The position numbers and the translations under genes were made by a program. Under the pieces are notes generated by a model. The model worked only from the letters and a program-made list of their open reading frames with translations. It was not told where the DNA came from and did no database searches. From Narcine bancroftii (taxonomy: Eukaryota): a DNA stretch of 64,000 nt. Position 1 is the first letter of the stretch. Each line of letters opens with the position of its first letter. Shown piece by piece: positions 52,032 to 64,000 of this stretch. The stretch spans positions 147,002,001 through 147,066,000 of the forward strand of contig NC_091469.1 in the NCBI RefSeq assembly GCF_036971445.1, written 5' to 3'.

Positions 52032-53116
52032 GTTTCTAGTTGCCATCTTCAGTTGGAGTGTCCATGCTGATGGTTAACCCTGGCCATTGATCAGCAGATT
52101 CATCTGCACAGTGTTTTTAATCTTACAACCATAAATACCAATTTGTAGAATCTGCTCGTAAAAACCATCCACCATCTGCAATCCATGGCTTCACATGACC
52201 CTGAATGGGAGGCTAAACAGGTACTACACCTTGCCCAAGGGTGACCAAGAACATAAGAACATGAGAAATAAGAGCAGGAATAGGCTATCCAGCCCATCAA
52301 GCAGGAGTAGGCCATCCAGCCCATCGAACAGTTCTAGACCATCCGGCCTGTCGAGCCTGTTCCGCCATTCAATAAGATCGTGGCTGACCTGTAGGCTAGC
52401 AGATGTAAGGAGCGCCTTACACCTTTTTGCTGAGCAATTTCATAGCACTGACCCCGTCATATTTATCTGTGTGAGGCGAAAAGAAAACAAGGCCTTTACT
52501 TAAATGTGCTGTGGCCCCCGTTGAGAAATGCTGGTCTAGTTCATTGTACAAGATGCTCAGGAATGAAGTATGCTGTGTAAATCTGAATCAAGCTCCATGT
52601 AGCAGGAGTCAAGGAGAAGTGATTCGCTACATTGATATTCTGCTGTTGCACCTGGACTGCCCTTGAAATGAGCATACCTCTGTGAGAAAAAAAAGTGTCT
52701 GAATCAATTTGGGCAGAACTCAGGATTCATAAGGGTGCGAACGTTTTTCTAAGTAAGTGCTATCGACTAACAGGATCACAGTGAGCAGGGCACTGAAATG
52801 TTTGGACAGGAGTGAAAGTGTCAAGGAGCAATCGTGGACAATTTCAACGATGCACTAATAACATGAGACCATAAGACACAAAAGCAGAAATAGGCCATTC
52901 AGCCCATCGAGTGTGTCCCGACATTCAATCATGAACTGATCCATTTTCCCACTCAACCCCACTGCCTGGCCTTCTCCCGATCATCTTTGATGCCCTGGCT
53001 AATCAAGAATCTATCTATCTATCTCTTAAATACACCCAATGACAAGGCCTACACAACCACCTGTGGCAACAAATTCCATAGATTCAGCAGGCTCTGTCAA
53101 AAGAAATTCCCTAGAT

Positions 53117-53703
53117 CAGTGGTTTTCAAACTGCCCCCTAACCTCGCATTCCCCTTAAGTAATCCCTATGCCATAAATGCTCTGTGATTGGCAAGGGATT
53201 GTGGTGAACAGCTGAACTCCTGTATTCCTGATTACCTCGTTCCACCTCATTTTGTGACTGTACCTGTGGCCCCTCCCTCTTTTGACCTTGTGTAAAGCCT
53301 CTAACACCTTGATCTATCCCAGGTCACAGCACAGGGTGAGGTCCCTGTCCATTGTGAATAAAAGCCTGTAAATCAGTCTCAGCCTTTGGAGATATTTACT
53401 GCGCGTCAGGGATTACTTAAGGTGGTACATGAGTGGGAAGGGAAGTTTGAGAATCACTGTTCTAGACCCAATTGTTACTGAAATATTTTGCTTGAGAAAA
53501 ATTGTCATTGGCCCATTTCCTTTGGAGTTATGAAACCGTGCATATAACGAGTCAATTAGGTACGAATAAAACAGTGGTTTTCAAACTTTTTCTTTCCACC
53601 CACATCCCACCTTAAGCAATCCCTTACAAATCACAGAGCACTTATGGCATAGGGATTGCTTAAGGTGGAATGTGAATTTAGGAGGGCAGTTTGCAAACCA
53701 TTG
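53117..53703. mobile_element. Second composite hAT element, opposite orientation
   Basis: Units 53117-53459 (with LTR insert) and 53572-53703; spacer is the reverse complement of 18986-19097; flanks CCCTAGAT / CCTTAGAC. Confidence 0.85.
53200..53408 (+). mobile_element. Solo LTR (family B)
   Basis: TG...CA ends, AATAAA, perfect 5-bp TSD GGGAT (53195-53199, 53409-53413). Confidence 0.88.
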
Positions 53704-54804
53704 CCTTAGACTCTCCCACCATCGGAAACAACCTTTTTATATCAACTCTGTCCATGACTTTCAACATTCAAAATGTTTCAAAGAATCACCCCCTCATTCT
53801 CATAGATTCCAACAAGTACAGGCCAAGACCCATCAAATGTTCTTCATATGATAACCCTTTTCATTCCCCCGAATCATCCTTTTGAACCTCCTCTGAACCC
53901 ACTCTAAGGTCAGCACATTCTTTCTTAAATGAGGACCGTAAAACTGATCACACTACTTTAAGTGAGGCCTTATAAAGCTTCAACATTGCATCCCTGCTTT
54001 TATATTCTGTTCGTCTTGAAACAAATGCCGGGATTGTATTTTCCTTCTTCACCACCGACTCAACATGCAAGTTTACCTTCAGGCTATCCTGTACAAGGTC
54101 TCCCAGGTCCCGTTGCATCTGGGAATTTTAAATTTTCTCCTCATTTAGGAAATAGTCTGCCCATTTATTTCTTCTACCTAAGTGCATGACCGTCCACTTT
54201 CCAACATTGGATTTCATTTGGCACTTCCCTGCCCATTCTCCTAAATTGTCAAAGTCATTCTGCAGCCTCCCTGTTTCCTCAACATAACCTGCTTCTCCTC
54301 CTGCCTTTGTTTCAGCTGCAAACTTGGCCACAAAGTCATAATCAAAATCATCGAAATACAACATAAAAAAATAGTGGCCCCCACACTGACCCCTGTGAAA
54401 CACCACCAACTACGGGCAGGCAACCAGACTATGATTCCTGTATTCTGACCCTCTGCTTCATGCTGATCAGCCAATGCTCTTCCCAAACGAGTATGTTTCC
54501 TGTTATACCATGGGCTCTTAACTTGTTAAGTAGCACCTTGTCAAAGCCTTCTGAAAATCCAAATACACAATATCCATTGCATCTCCTTTCTCTGGCCTGC
54601 TTGTCACTTCTTCAAAGAATTCCAGAAAAAGGTTGAGAACCACTGGGCTAACTGGTCTATAATTTCCTTTCTACTGCCTCCCTCTCTTCTGGAAAAGAGA
54701 CTTGTGTTTTTCATTCCTCCAGGACGATGCCAGAATCTAGTGATCATTACCAATCATCCACAATCTCTACAGCTATTTCTTTCAGAACCTGAAGGTGCAA
54801 GGTG

Positions 54805-56012
54805 AAGGGATGGCATGGTGAAGTTGTACAAGGTATTGGTGAGGCTAAATTTGAGTACTGGTGGTCCCCTACCTACAACCTGTGCGACTCGCAATGATCC
54901 ATACATACGTCTGAAAAAAATACTGTATAATTTTTTTTAAAATAAAGAAAAAATCTATCTAAATATTAAAATTACACATCAGGTCCCAGGGATACAAGGG
55001 CTGTTTATTTTGATGGACTAACATGGCGGCAGCCACTGGCCAGAAGGGCACTGGGTCTCCACTGTTGTTGAATGCGTTCTTTTTTCAGGGTACAAAGACA
55101 GTGGCGGACCCAGTGTTCGAGGTGGGGGAGGGTGAGCACAGGCCAGGTGCTGGTGGTGGTGGACAATGGGGTCTTTCCGCTGCTAGGTGAGCTGGGATGA
55201 AATGCCGCTGCTCCTGTTGAAGCACGCGTTGGCGCAAAGTAACTTACGTCTGACATTTTTGAGATCCGACCAGAACTCAGACTCCATATCTACTGTATGC
55301 AGCTTTGGTCACCTAAGGAAAAGTTCCATTATTATCATGTAATACTAAATTTAAAGTGGAACATACATGAAATTCTTTAACTTTTGCCTACCATAAGGCA
55401 GACAGAGAGTCGCCACTTCGTCCAGCGCCCCTCACAAATGAGGCCCCAGCGAGGGACAATCTTGCAACCCCTGGTTTACCAGACCAGTACTCTAACCACT
55501 GAGCTATCAGAGCCTCCACTACAAGAAAGAGATCAATAACATTGAAAGAGTGCAGAGAATATTTACTAGGATGTACCCCAGACTTCAGGAACTGAGTAAC
55601 AGGGAAAAGGTTAAACAAGTTAGGACTTTATTCCCTGGAGCACAGGGGTATTATAGAGATATACAAAATAATGGTTGGTATAGATAGAGTCTATTCAAGC
55701 ATGCTTTTTCCACTGAAGCTGATGAACCAAGAACTGGAGGACATGGGTTAAGGGTGATAGGTGAGATGTTTTAGAAGTACATTAAGAAAATTTCATACAG
55801 GGAATGGCGAGAATGTGGAATGAGCTGCCACCTGAAATGGTTGAATGTGGGCTCCATTTTGAAACTTAAGAAAAAATTTGGATTGGTACATGGATGGGAA
55901 GGGTATGGAGGGCTATGGTCCTGATGCAGGTCAATGAGACAAGGCAAATAATAGTTTGGCACAGGCTAGATGGACTGAAGGGCCTATTTCTGTTCAATAA
56001 TGTTCTATGGTT
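54805..56012 (+). mobile_element. CR1 3' region split by a Tigger-like MITE (about 54858-55296) and a tRNA SINE
   Basis: TTGTACAAGGTATTGGTGAGGC...GAGTACTG resumes at TGTATGCAGCTTTGGTCACC. Confidence 0.7.
55315..55514 (-). mobile_element. tRNA-Thr-derived SINE sharing its body with the 5S SINEs
   Basis: Head 55514-55441 GGCTCTGATAGCTCAGTGGTTAGAGTACTGGTCTGGTAAACCAGGGG...CTCGCTGGGGCCT resembles vertebrate tRNA-Thr(TGT) as recalled. Confidence 0.85.
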
Positions 56013-56632
56013 CAATGAAGCAAGTGCCAGTTGTGATGTTAATTTATTCAAGATTGATTTTTAATGCCAACATGTGAATCCATGTAATAAGACAGATGGT
56101 CTGCTGAATCTGGGGTTTCCGGGTAAATAGCTGGTACCCTGTTGTTATGGGAATACTTGCGTGAAGTGATCTTGACTTGAGCTAATGCAGCATGTGGCAT
56201 ATGAACAGACTGTAAGATGTTTAACTTTTAATAGAATATTACTTTGGAGGGAGCAGCAGAACGCAGCACCACAGCGCTATAAGAGTGTTCACAGAAATCC
56301 TGGGAAAGTCATTTAAAATGCACACCACTGTGTAGTAAAAGGATAATGACAGGAACTGGAAGAATCGAAGGAAAATAAATGATGATGAATAAGCCTAATC
56401 CATGTCGGCATTTAGGAAAGAAAGAAGGTATGGTTGAATTTAAAAGGCAAATGAGGAAAGAATAAAATTAGAAAATAAAGAAGAAACGATTTTGATATTC
56501 AATAAAATGCTAATCATATTCAGCATGGATAGAATCCCCAACATCTTGGATTCTTATATAAAAAACGTACTTGTCTGTAACGGTTGCTTTTTAAAATGTA
56601 TTCATTCGGAGAATGTGGGAGTTACTGATAAG

Positions 56633-59600
56633 ACATAGAACAATATAACTAAATACAGGCCCTTCAGACTTCAAGGTTGTGCCAACCCATATATTCCTTC
56701 CAAAATAAATACTTACCCCATCCTATCTCATAATCCACTATTATTCTTTCATCCATGTGTCTGTCTAAGAGTCTTTTAAATGCCTCCAATGTTTCAGCCT
56801 TGACCACCATCCCTAACAAGCCATTCCAGGCACCCACAACTCTCCGTGTAAAAAATAAATTGCCCCTGATGTCTCCCCGAAACTTCCCTCCCTTAATGTT
56901 GTACTTGTGTCCTCTGGTGTTTTCTGAGGAAACAGGTGCTGGATGTCTACCCTTATAATCTTGTAGACCTCTAGCAAGTCTCCTCTTGTCTTTCTGCATT
57001 CCAAAGAGAAAAGTCCCAGCTCTACTAACCTTACCTCATAAGACTTGTTTCCCAATCCAGGCAATATTCTGGTAAATCTCCTCTGGACCCTCTTCATAGC
57101 TTCAACATCCTTCCTGTAATGTGATGACCAGAGCTGAACACAGTACTCTAAGTCTCACCAAAGATGAGTAGAGTTGCAACATGACTTCTCTACTCCTGAA
57201 TTCAATGCCCGCTATTAATAAATCCCAGCATCCCAATCAGGGGGGCATCACATGATGCAGTAGGGTTAGGATGATGGAGCCTGACCTTCCTGGTCAATTA
57301 ATAAAAAGTGCAGACTAAGAAATGTTTTGAACTATTAAACTTTTAAAAAATACATTTAAACTTTCAAAGATACACCCAAAAAAAGGCTGCCATCCCTGGA
57401 GCCCAACGTGGTGTGGACACCAAGGAAGATCGGAGGCCTGCGGCAAGTCAGAAGCAGGGAGTTAGCGTACAAGCTACACCCTGGGTGAGTGAGTCTGGTG
57501 ACAGAACTTCTGCAGACTCTGCTGCCCTGCAGCATTGGGGAGATGGCATCATAGAGGAATCCAGAAGGCACGCCGTGCAGATACGAACCACCAAGGCCAT
57601 CCGAAACACCATCGGAGAAGGAAGAAGAGGAGTCGGGCTCCCAAAGGACCAGCATTGAAGAGGATGAAGATGAAAAAGCTCAGCTACTAGAAGAGGAGGC
57701 ATTAAAAGATACTAAAACTTTTAAAAGTAGAAGTAAAGTAAAAGCGAGCATCGATTTCTATTAAAGTATTTCATGAAATTAGAAGTGAGAGGAGAAATAA
57801 ATAGAATTAATCAGCTGAAAAGTAAAATTGATAAACTGGATGGGAAAATGAAGAAAGTGAAGGGTGAAATGCAACGTAGGGATGACAGAGTTACTAATAG
57901 TGGAACATTCCACCACTGCTCTAGTTACAGAAAACCAGAAGCTTCAGCAAAAGTTGGACATACTGGAAAATGTTAGTAGATCAAATAGGATTAAAATAAT
58001 AGGTCTTAAAGAAGCCGTGGGAAAGCAAGATCCAAATGCTTTCTTTGCAAAATGGATCCTTGAAATATTGAGTCAAGGGAACTTCAACCACCCTATAGAG
58101 GTCGAAAGGGCACACAGAGAAACCGCTTCCGAAGCGGAATCCGCGTTCTGTATTAATTAAGTTTCTGCGCTATCAAGACAGAGAGAAGATTCTGACTTTA
58201 GCAGCAGAAGGGGAAAGAGCAAGTAAAGGTCCACTTGAGTATGCAAGAGGTAAAGTTTTATTTTACCCCGATATGAGAGCTGATTTGTTAAAAAAGAAGA
58301 GAATTTAAGCCAGTTAAGAAGATTCTTTGGGAAAAGGGATATAGATTTGTACTGTGATATCTAGCAACTTTGACGACTTTCTTGCCTGCAGGTGAAAAGA
58401 AGTTTTTCTCAAGCTTTGCACAAGCAGAATTCGTGCAAAATCTCCCAACAATTCAGAAGGAATGAAGAATTAGAAGTATAATGGTTACTGAATATGTTTT
58501 GATAGACTAATATTATATGGCAGTATATAATGAGTGGTTAGTTTAAAATACTACCTATTTATTTCTCTATTGTTGCTTCTTGAAAATTACTGGAATATTT
58601 TTTGAATTTTTCCTTTTTTTCCGTATGTACTATATGTTTAAGATTAAAATACTAGTAGGGGTGTTGGGGGAAGAGATAGGATTTTAACTCTTACTGTATC
58701 ATGTAGGACAACTGTGACTTCAGTTGCAATGTATAAAATAGAGGAAGTTAGTGTTGGATATTATTATTATCTAACCAACACTTACTGGGAGGGGGTTCTT
58801 CCTTGTTTATATAAAGTTATAAATATGCCAATATCTATGCACTGGAAGTAAATCTGTTTTTCTTTTCTTTATCTGGATTCCCGGCAGAGATGCTTTAACG
58901 TTCTTTAATAAGAACATTGAGGGAAGAAGGGCTGCAGGCAGAGATGGAAGAAGGAGTGGACTATGAGTAACAAAGTGAAATTTATAAATTTGAATGCTAA
59001 TGGGTTAAACGGGAAGTTGAAAAGAAAGAGGGTGTTGGCACATATTAAGAAAATGGGAGCAGACTTGGCTTTTCTGAAAGAAACTCACTTAATGGTGAAA
59101 GAATATTTGAAGTTTAAAAGAGACAGGGTTGGGTATGTGGCAGCTTCATCATTTAATTCTAAGGCAAGAGGAGTGGCAATTTTAGTGGAAAAAAATCTTC
59201 CAATTAAAGTGCAAAACATGGTAACAGATTCTGTGGGGAGATATGTGATGATACATTGCCGAATATATTCAGAATTGTGAACTCTTCTGAATCGTTATGT
59301 ACCAAATGTAGATGATAAAAAATTTATACTGGAAACTTTCTTGAACTTAGCAGAGGCACATGAGAACATTTTAATAGGAGGATACTTTAATTTTTGATTA
59401 GATCTAATCTTAGATAAAACTACAAGAGGAACATTAAGAGCTGAAGCAGCAAAACCCACACTGATATTAATGAGAGTCTTGAACTTAATAGATGTTTGGA
59501 GAAGCATACATCCTAGGGAAAGAGATTATTCTTTATATTCAAGTGGACATGACTCTTATTCCAGAACAAATCTTTTTTTGATTTCAGCACAACTGCAGGG

Positions 59601-62430
59601 TAGGATATTAGAAGCAGAATATAAAGTGTGAATTCCATCTGATATTTCACCTTTATTAATGATGATTGTTATGCCAGATAAAGAGAAATTAGTTTATAGT
59701 TGGAGGTTAGATCAGATTTCCAGGATTTTATTAGAACACAAATACATTTATTTTGTGATATAAACTTGAACTCTGTGAATGATAAATTTGTAATGTGGGA
59801 TGCTTTGAAGGCATATTTGAGAGCCCAAATTATAAGCTTTATTTCTAAAATTAAAAAAAGAATATTTGAAAGAGATAGATCAATTAGAACAAGAAATAAT
59901 GGTTTTAGAAAAAGGCCTTCAAAAGAGAACTCTGAGGATAAATATAGACAACCAATCAATTAAAAAACTTAAATATAATACATGACAAACATATAGAATG
60001 GAAAAGGTGATTATAAGAACAGAGGTATCATGAGCGAGGTGGAAGATCACATAAAGTACATGATAATTGAAGTTGGAGCAGGTATCAAGAATGATTAATG
60101 TGATCAAAAATGGTTTAAGTGTTGTTAGTTATAAACATCAAGAAATAAATTAATTGTTTAAGATATTTTATTCTAAATTTTACATCTCAGAGTCTTTAAA
60201 AGATGAGAACAAAATAGATAAATATTTATCTCGGATACACTGAGCATGGTAGAACAAGCAGATTTAAATGTTAATATTACACAATTAGAAGTGAGTGAAG
60301 CAATTAGTTCATTACAAAGTAACAAAATGCTTGGAGAAGATGGTTGCCCTCTTGAATTCTATAAACATTTTTTTAATGTTTATTGATCCCTCGTTTTATG
60401 GAAATGCTTGATAAAGCATCAAGAACCCAAACATTCCCAGAATCATTTTCAACAGCAATAATTATCATGATACCCATAAAGACCGTGACTCTTTGAAGCC
60501 TTCATCATGTAGACCTATTTCATTATTGAAGGCAGATTACAAGATTCCTGCTAAAATATTGGCAAGTAGGATGACTACAATTTTACCAAAATTAATATAT
60601 ATTGGCCAGACAGGCTTTGCTAAAAAGAGACAATCAGCAGATAATGTGGCTAGACTATTTAATATTTGAAATACTTGATTACTGTTTGGAATAAGATAAA
60701 AGATGAAATTGGAATAAAAGGAAATATGTCACCAAAGATGCCCTTGATTCAAAAGGAAAACTGATTTTTAACTAATTGGTTTAGTAAGAGTATTAAAAAT
60801 ATCGAAGATTGCTATGAACAAGGTCAATTAATGAAATTTGAACAATTGAGGAATAAATATGGAATACTTAGCAACACTTTGTTCTGTTAATGCAATTGAG
60901 GGTGCATTTAAGGAAAAGGTAAGTTTAAAAATGCAGTTACCTATTTGGAAACTCTTATTAGGAGTGGAAATACCAAAAGAATTACCTCTGCAATATATAT
61001 TTTATTGCAAAAAGGAACTATTAAACAGGGGGTGCATAAATCTGGACAGAAATGCGAGTTGGACTTGAATATTACAATTGATGAACAAATATGGTTAGAA
61101 TTCTGTCAAGATAGTCTGGCAAACACTATTAATGTAAGATACATATTAGTTCACTATAAACTTTTATATCAGCTATATTTAACAACACAAAAAATTGAAT
61201 AGAATGAAATCAGATGTAACAAATCAATGTTTTAGGTGTGGTGAAGAGATAGGTACTTTCTTGCATTCAGCTTTGCCATGTTCTAAGGTAAAACCTTTTT
61301 GGGTGGATCTGCAAAACCTCTTAGAACAAGTTACAGATTTATTTGTAATGGGAAATATAGAAGGAATAAGACTAAAACTAAAATTGTTAATAAATCAAAT
61401 GAAATTTGTTGAAATACCATTGGCAGTAGCAAGGAAATGTATTGCAGACTTGGAAATCAGATTAACATGGGATGAGGGAATGCAGAAATTCCAAGCTGTA
61501 TTCCTTTAGAGAAGATGACATATGATTTGAGAAATAAATATGCTATTTTTTTAAAAATTGGAACCCGTACATACAAATTTTGGGTATAAATACGTGGAAA
61601 TGTCCGTAACACCTCTTAAGACCTGTGTAAACCTTCTTCCATAAAATGAAAATGATCAAATAATATCCGTTGAGTTCCACTGTGTGTTGGGAGACGATGC
61701 TCTGGGCAATCCACAATACTACACTATTTCTTTTTTTCCCTTTTATATTACATCTGATTTTTATATACATATATGTTATTCTTTTTGACGGGTTGGGGGA
61801 GGCGAGAGGTTTGGAGAGGGAGGAAAGGCAATAGTTATAACGAATGAAAATTTCTTCAATTTACACACATTTTATGGTATAATGATTTATTAATTACATT
61901 AATTGATTTAAAAAAAACTGTCCTATCACCCTGTGTGGCTACCTTGAGGGCTGTATGGATTTGAACCCCAAGGTCTCGCTGTTCATCCACAATCTTAAGT
62001 AACTGACCACTAACTCTGTACTTCTGGTTAGTCCTTCCAAAATGTATCACCTCACACTTATCCGGATTGAAATCCATCTGCCACTTTTCTGCTCAACTCT
62101 GCATTCTAATTGTATCCTGTTGCAACCTTTGACAGCCTTCAATTCCATTCACAAATCCTCCAACTTTCATGTCATCCACAAACTTACTGACCCATTCTTC
62201 CACCTTTTCATCCTTCTTTATAAAATTCACAAAGAGCAGGGGTCCTAGAACAGACCCTTGCGGCACTCCACTAGTCACCGACCTCCAGGCAGAATATTTT
62301 TTTGCCACTACTACTCTCTGCTTTCTTCCAACAAGCTCATTTTTTATCCACACAACCAAGGTTACACTGATCCCCTGCCTCATGACTTTCAGGATGAATC
62401 TCTTTGGGGACCTTGTCAAAAGCCTTGCTA
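56633..62430 (-). mobile_element. CR1 LINE (56633-57235 and 61918-62430) split by the L1
   Basis: KRVQRRFTRILPGL on the left; SGVPQGSVLGPLLFV, SKFVDDMKVGG and MDFNPDKCEVIHFG on the right. Confidence 0.88.
57240..61917 (+). mobile_element. Near full-length decayed L1-clade LINE with RT core deleted
   Basis: ORF1 LENVSRSNRIKIIGLKE...IEVERAHR; ORF2 endonuclease NANGLN...AFLKETHL at 58963; RPISLL and QTGF; CFRCGEEIGTFLH zinc knuckle; A tail. Confidence 0.92.
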
Positions 62431-63617
62431 AAATTTCAAATTGTTCTTCAATGACAAAATTGAACCCGTGTTCACCAGTTCTGCTGGAAACTTGTTGCAC
62501 CCTCTCACCATTTTCTGCTTGGAGAAGTTTCCCAAATGTTCCCTCTAACCATCTCACCTTTCGCCCTTAACCCACGTCCTCTTGTTCTTGTCTCCTCTAA
62601 CCTCAGTAGAAAAAGCCTGTTAATATTTTGTCCCAACTGTACCCCTCTTGTTATCAAGATACTTTGATGCCCACATGCAAGTCGACACTCTAATGGTATC
62701 AGGGGAGAGTCATAGGGTATGAGTCATCAGTGGGCGGGCCAGCTCCATATATCCAGTAGCCAACAATATCAGCACAGGTATGAACAATAAATTTTCCCAC
62801 TTCAGGTAATGTGTCCCCTCTCTGTCTTCTTCCAAGACACTTCCATTTCTTACCCTTCCCAATATATATCCCAGGCCCCACCTACCACCACCCCACCCTT
62901 CATCTCTCATCGCATTTCTCTGATGGGATTTTCCCCACTCCTCTCGTCTGGTCCCATCTGTCCCTCTCTCATACTTCTTCCCTTAAAGCTCTCCTAACAC
63001 CACTGTTGCCACCGTTTCTTATCAGGTTCCAGCACTGTCAAACTTCATCTTTACTTGTACTCTCTGTTCCACCCTGTCTGACTCATCTTCCACTTGACCC
63101 TCTTTCTCACCTGCCTACCCATCATGATTCATCTCTCCCTAGTTCACCAATCTCTCACTCGCCCCTGTGCAACTCCTCCCACCCTGGCTATCTCCCCTCT
63201 GCACCCTCAGGAATGATGAATCATTCCGGCCTGAAACTTTGACCTTTCTTTTTCTCCCACCAATGCTCTTCAGCCTGATGAGTTCCTCCAGCAGACCCTT
63301 TGGTCTGGAACAAGACAAGGTGCATGCAGCCTTCAGCTCACATAGTAGGTTTCTATCCCGAGAATGAAGGCAGCCTTCAACACCAAGAGGATCAAAGAAT
63401 TATTTTGTGCAGCTAGTTGACGGAAGATTTCCTGTGGTCAATGGCAATTACAAAATTAATGTCTTTGAAGCAGGGAGCAAAAGTATCACCGAGACTTTTT
63501 TCAGTGCGAGTAAATGCTTTGCTCATGCACCTGCCTAGAAATTAGACCATTCCTAAACAGGAACAATAAACCTGCTCTGTGCAATAACTCAAAACTGTTC
63601 ACGTTGTGAAAACACAA

Positions 63618-63652
63618 TAACATAACATACATAACATAACATAACATAACAA
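63618..63652. repeat. (CATAA)n microsatellite
   Basis: Direct reading. Confidence 0.9.
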
Positions 63653-63654
63653 CT

Positions 63655-63980
63655 ACAGCACAATGCTGGGGAAGCTCAGCAGGTCTAGCAGTGTCCTTTA
63701 TATCACAAAGCTAAAAATACATAACTGGACTAGAGTCCTTCATCAAGGTATGGGAAAATGACAGCAGGCATCCAAACAGAAGAGTAGTGGAGGAAGGGTG
63801 GATGCAAAGGCAGGAGGTGATAGGTGGAGAAAGGAGGGAAGGGGCAGCAGTGATCAAGGGGTGGAGGGATGGCTGGCTGAAGGGAGGGGGAAGGGAGGGA
63901 GGAGAACTGGAAAGGGAAAGGGAAGGGTGGAGGGGGAGAGGAGAGCAGGTTAGCAAAAACCAGAAAAGTCGATGTTAATA
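63655..63980 (-). mobile_element. Penelope-like 3' end
   Basis: ATGCTGGGGAAGCTCAGCAGG, hammerhead-like segment, purine-rich UTR and GATGTTAAT ORF end as at 20050. Confidence 0.75.
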
Positions 63981-64000
63981 TTGTGACAGAATATAGATAT

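Larger units (their letters stand above)
50346..52533. mobile_element. hAT MITE expanded by nested insertions
   Basis: Ends CAGCCATTCTCAAAC ... GTTGAGAAATGCTG; flanks GATTAGTT / GTCTAGTT. Confidence 0.6.
52865..54800 (-). mobile_element. Decayed CR1 LINE hosting the second composite hAT element
   Basis: VAKFAAETK.GG...RLQNDFDNLGEWA..CQMKSNVGK; CR1 tail near 52870. Confidence 0.85.

Noticed and set aside
55441-55514. Functional tRNA-Thr gene
   Set aside because: T-loop/B box is disrupted (GATTGTCC), the anticodon reads GGT, and it is fused to a SINE body inside a CR1
56235-56427. AG...GT-bounded candidate exon
   Set aside because: The best-looking frame ends in a stop and shows no recognisable homology; a non-coding exon cannot be excluded

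Overview
Eukaryotic, repeat-saturated DNA, probably intergenic or intronic. The repeat mix (CR1, Rex1/Babar, RTE, L1, Penelope, V-domain SINEs) suggests a cartilaginous fish; this is inference. No host protein-coding exon could be supported, and nearly all listed ORFs are transposon fragments or chance frames. Main content: four copies of a young RTE LINE (two with open RT frames), many decayed CR1 and Rex1 copies, a near full-length decayed L1, a Gypsy gag-pro-RT remnant, five solo LTRs, hAT/TcMar/Harbinger-type MITEs, SINEs, a 27-bp minisatellite and a 142-nt N gap. Most notable: (1) a decayed retroviral env gene at about 42.4-43.9 kb that the ORF track does not show; (2) 5S-headed and tRNA-Thr-headed SINEs sharing one body; (3) a two-copy composite hAT element built from two inverted mini-MITEs; (4) hammerhead-like Penelope tails with a recurrent U3 variant; (5) a dense promoter-type motif cluster at 44.5 kb. 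All calls were made by eye with no database search; boundaries of old repeats are approximate.
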